Assembly: GCF_016433145.1 (NCBI RefSeq) | Contig: NC_058130.1 | Location: forward strand, 37,559,980 to 37,623,979 | Direction: 5' to 3' | DNA length: 64,000 nt | From: Gracilinanus agilis | Taxonomy: Eukaryota | Part shown: positions 61,213-64,000 of the stretch, piece by piece | How positions within the stretch are numbered: position 1 is the first letter of the stretch | How the letters are laid out: every line of letters begins with the position of its first letter | Program-made: the position numbers and the translations under genes | Notes under the pieces: generated by a model | What the model was told of the DNA's origin: nothing | Seen by the model: the letters and a program-made list of their open reading frames with translations, nothing else | Database searches by the model: none

Positions 61213-62461
61213 GAAAGTATGCTTTTTTGAAGCTGAGAAAAATATTGCTGGCCCTCCCTCAGTTAGTGAAAATGGAGAATAACACTGGTGATGATCTTCA
61301 TTTTTACAAGCAAGGAAACAGATACATCGGGTATAAATTCAGCTCTTGAAATAAATAGGGACCCATAAATCCCTCTAAGCGAAGCCTCGCAGGGAGTGTT
61401 TCAGTTTCTCAGGAGCCAATCTCAGCAGGAAGTCAGAAGGGAAGGAATAGCCTTTCTCTCTTACAGAGAAGCTCCCCCAGGTTCCATTCTGAAGCCAAAG
61501 TAATAAGGTCATTGAGGGAACTACTATGAGGAACTGGGTTGGAGCCATCTCCAATGGGACTGGGAGTGAGCACTATGGTCCCGAGAATCAGGGTCTCCCT
61601 TATTTCACAAGGTACCTGCCCAACAGGCTTGATCTTCCCAATGGACAGGATTTGGAAGGATCTCTCCATGCCAAACCCCAAATCAAGCTCTTTCTGCACT
61701 GACTCTCCAGTGGCAAGTTTCTTTGAGGCTTTAACACCTCTTAAAAGATGGCCCAGAGACAATAGGATCCACAGTAGTGAAATTTTGCTGTGGGGAAAAG
61801 GAAAGTAGGACAGGGAGGATGGGCTTACATTGGCAGAAAGGGGAAAGTTTGAGGGCTAAGATTAGGGGGAAGGGAGGCAAAAGATCAAGTTCCAAAGAAC
61901 ATAGGATCCCAGACCTAAAGACCTCAGAGGGCATTTAGACCAATCTCATTCTCCAGATAAGGAATGTGAAACCTAGCAAGGTTAAGAGACTTGCCTAAAG
62001 TCACACTGGTAGTGAATGGTCAAGGTGGGATTTGAACCCAGGTTCTCCCATTCCAAATGAAATTCCTCTTTCCACTTTATGAGACTTCCTCTGACACATT
62101 TTACTTTCCTAATTTTGCTTAGGGTGGCCCTCAGCTTTCTTCCTGTTATAAGGGAAACTGATCTCAGAAGGGCAGATGGTATAATGAAAAGAGCCCTGAA
62201 CTGCCAGTTAGAAAGTTCTAAGTACCTTCAAATTCCATCTAAAAATCTCATCTTCTATAGGAAGCTTTCCCCAACCCCTCTTAATTTGAGAGCCTTCTTA
62301 CTGTTCCTGCTTACTCCTTTGTACATTGATTGTTTGCTTGTTGTCTCCTCCATTAGAATGTAAACTTCTTGAGGACAGACATTATCTTTTAACTTTTTTT
62401 GTATCCTCAGTACTTGACTCAGTGCCTGGTATATCTTAGGCACTTAATAAATGTTGACTGA

Positions 62462-62652
62462 GGGGGCAGCTGAGTAGCTCAGTGGATTGAGAGTCAGCCC
62501 TAGAGACGGGAGGTCCCTAGGTTCAAATCCAGCCTCAGACACTTCCCAGCTGTGTGACCCTGGGCAAGTCACTTGACCCCATTGCCCACCCTTACCAGTC
62601 TTCCACCTAGGAGCCAATACACAGAAGTTAAGGGTTTAAAAAAAAATAAAAG
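62462..62652 (+). mobile_element. Young SINE1_Mdo inserted at the end of an L2
   Basis: Perfect 16-bp TSD AATAAATGTTGACTGA. Confidence 0.95.
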
Positions 62653-62693
62653 AATAAATGTTGACTGATTGACTGACTGAGCTGCATTTAGAT

Positions 62694-62886
62694 CAGTGGT
62701 TCCCAAACTTTTTTGGCCTACTTCCCCCTTTCCAGAAAAAATATTACTTAGCTCCCTGGAAATTAATTTTTTTTAAATTTTAATAGCAATTAAAAGGAAA
62801 GATAAATGCACCTGTGGCCATCACCGCCTTCCTAGATCCCTGCAGCACCCACCAGGGGGTGGTAGCACCCACTTTGGGAATCACTG
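62694..62886 (-). mobile_element. hAT MITE family A (inverted)
   Basis: Reverse complement of the other four copies; TSD ATTTAGAT / GTTTAGAT. Confidence 0.95.
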
Positions 62887-63104
62887 GTTTAGATCCTTCC
62901 CTTGACACTTACTAGCAATAGGTGATCCTGGGCAAGTCACATAACCTTTCTGAGACTGTTTTCTCATCTATAAAAATGGAAACAATAATACCTACTCACA
63001 GGATTGCCATTTTTTAATATTTTACATATTTTATATTTATATTTTATGTTATATATCTACATATATGATTACTCAAACAATATCTAAGATGCTTTGAAAG
63101 TGAC

Positions 63105-63360
63105 TAGCCGTGCTTCCAGAGAAACCAGGAAGTGTACTTTCCACCTTCCAGCAGAGAGGGGATGATCTCAGGGTGCAGAGTGAGATAGACATATATGGAT
63201 ATGGCCAAAACAGGAATTTGTTTTGCTTAATTATACATATTTTTCAGAAATGCTTAGATTTTCTTTTCCTTTTTTTCCCCCAAAGGGGGAAGAAGGTGAT
63301 AGGGAGAGAAAACAGATGCTTAATAATTTTTAAAAATAGAAAACATTTTTTAAAAAAGTA
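63105..63360 (+). mobile_element. Old L1 3'UTR fragment
   Basis: TACTTTCCACCTTCCAGCAGAGAGG...GGAATTTGTTTTGCTT...GGGAGAGAAAACAGATGC. Confidence 0.7.
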
Positions 63361-64000
63361 AAACATTTTTCAAACTCGGTGATTATTTACTAGTAATATA
63401 ATTGTGAGGCATAGCATAGCAAATTCTATCATATCAATAACACTGGTATAATTTCCCATTCATCTATTCTTTTCTCCTTTTCCCAAACTATTAGCAGCTG
63501 TCTCCCCACCCCCCACCTCCGCCAGGGCTGGGCCTGGGACGGGGCTCAGAGATGATGGGAAAAACTGGTCCAGTGGGGAGGTTGGCCCATCAGCTTCCCC
63601 ACATCATTCCTGGCTGCTGCAAAGCTCATCTGTTTTCCAAAACGCAGGCAGTTTGTTCCTGGGAGGCCTGGGGGCCGGAGAATGAAGCGAGGTTAAGATG
63701 TGGGAATACAGTAAACCAAAAGGGAGGAAAGGGGGGAAAAATCCAAATGAGGCATAGTTAGGAAAGAAAACTTTTGATCGGAAGCTACCCAGCAGGTCCT
63801 TTGGCACTGGGGAACAATGCTTCTCTGCCTTAATTATTCCTCTGTAAAGCTTCCCGTGGTGAGAGCGGATTGGACAACATATGCTTTATTTTTCTTGGGG
63901 TTAAAAATCTGCTGCCACCCCAGTTTCAGGTTCATAAAAGACCTCTCCCCATTGCTTTTTACCCACTAGAAACTAGTGCCTGCTGAGGGCAAGGTCTGTG

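Noticed and set aside
1-64000. CRISPR arrays, operons, rRNA/tRNA genes or other prokaryote-type systems
   Set aside because: The window is mammalian repeat-rich DNA; recurring sequences are dispersed SINEs/MITEs with TSDs, not spaced arrays, and tRNA-like stretches are SINE heads

Overview
This is non-coding, repeat-rich vertebrate DNA, almost certainly from a didelphid marsupial (opossum-like). That call is inferred from the dominant SINE1_Mdo-type tRNA-SINEs, MAR1-type CORE/RTE SINEs, marsupial L1 3' ends and a BovB-like RTE fragment. I find no host protein-coding exon I can recognise. The long ORFs in the track come from microsatellites, N-gaps or transposon remnants. There are eight N-gaps, mostly beside purine/pyrimidine microsatellites. 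The window holds about 20 SINE1 copies, many MIR/MAR1/L2/L3/L1 relics, two probable solo LTRs, four decayed 7SL retrocopies and 13 short non-autonomous hAT DNA transposons whose TIRs and 8-bp TSDs can be read directly. The main points of interest are: (i) a five-copy hAT MITE family carrying a near-consensus CTCF motif; (ii) a 62/63-bp inverted-repeat element split at its axis by a solo LTR; (iii) a CpG-island-like unique block at about 40.3-40.9 kb; and (iv) repeat-free blocks with clustered RUNX and MEIS/HOX motifs. I cannot support a previously undescribed biological system here. Family names are from recall, not a database search, and boundaries of old repeats are approximate.
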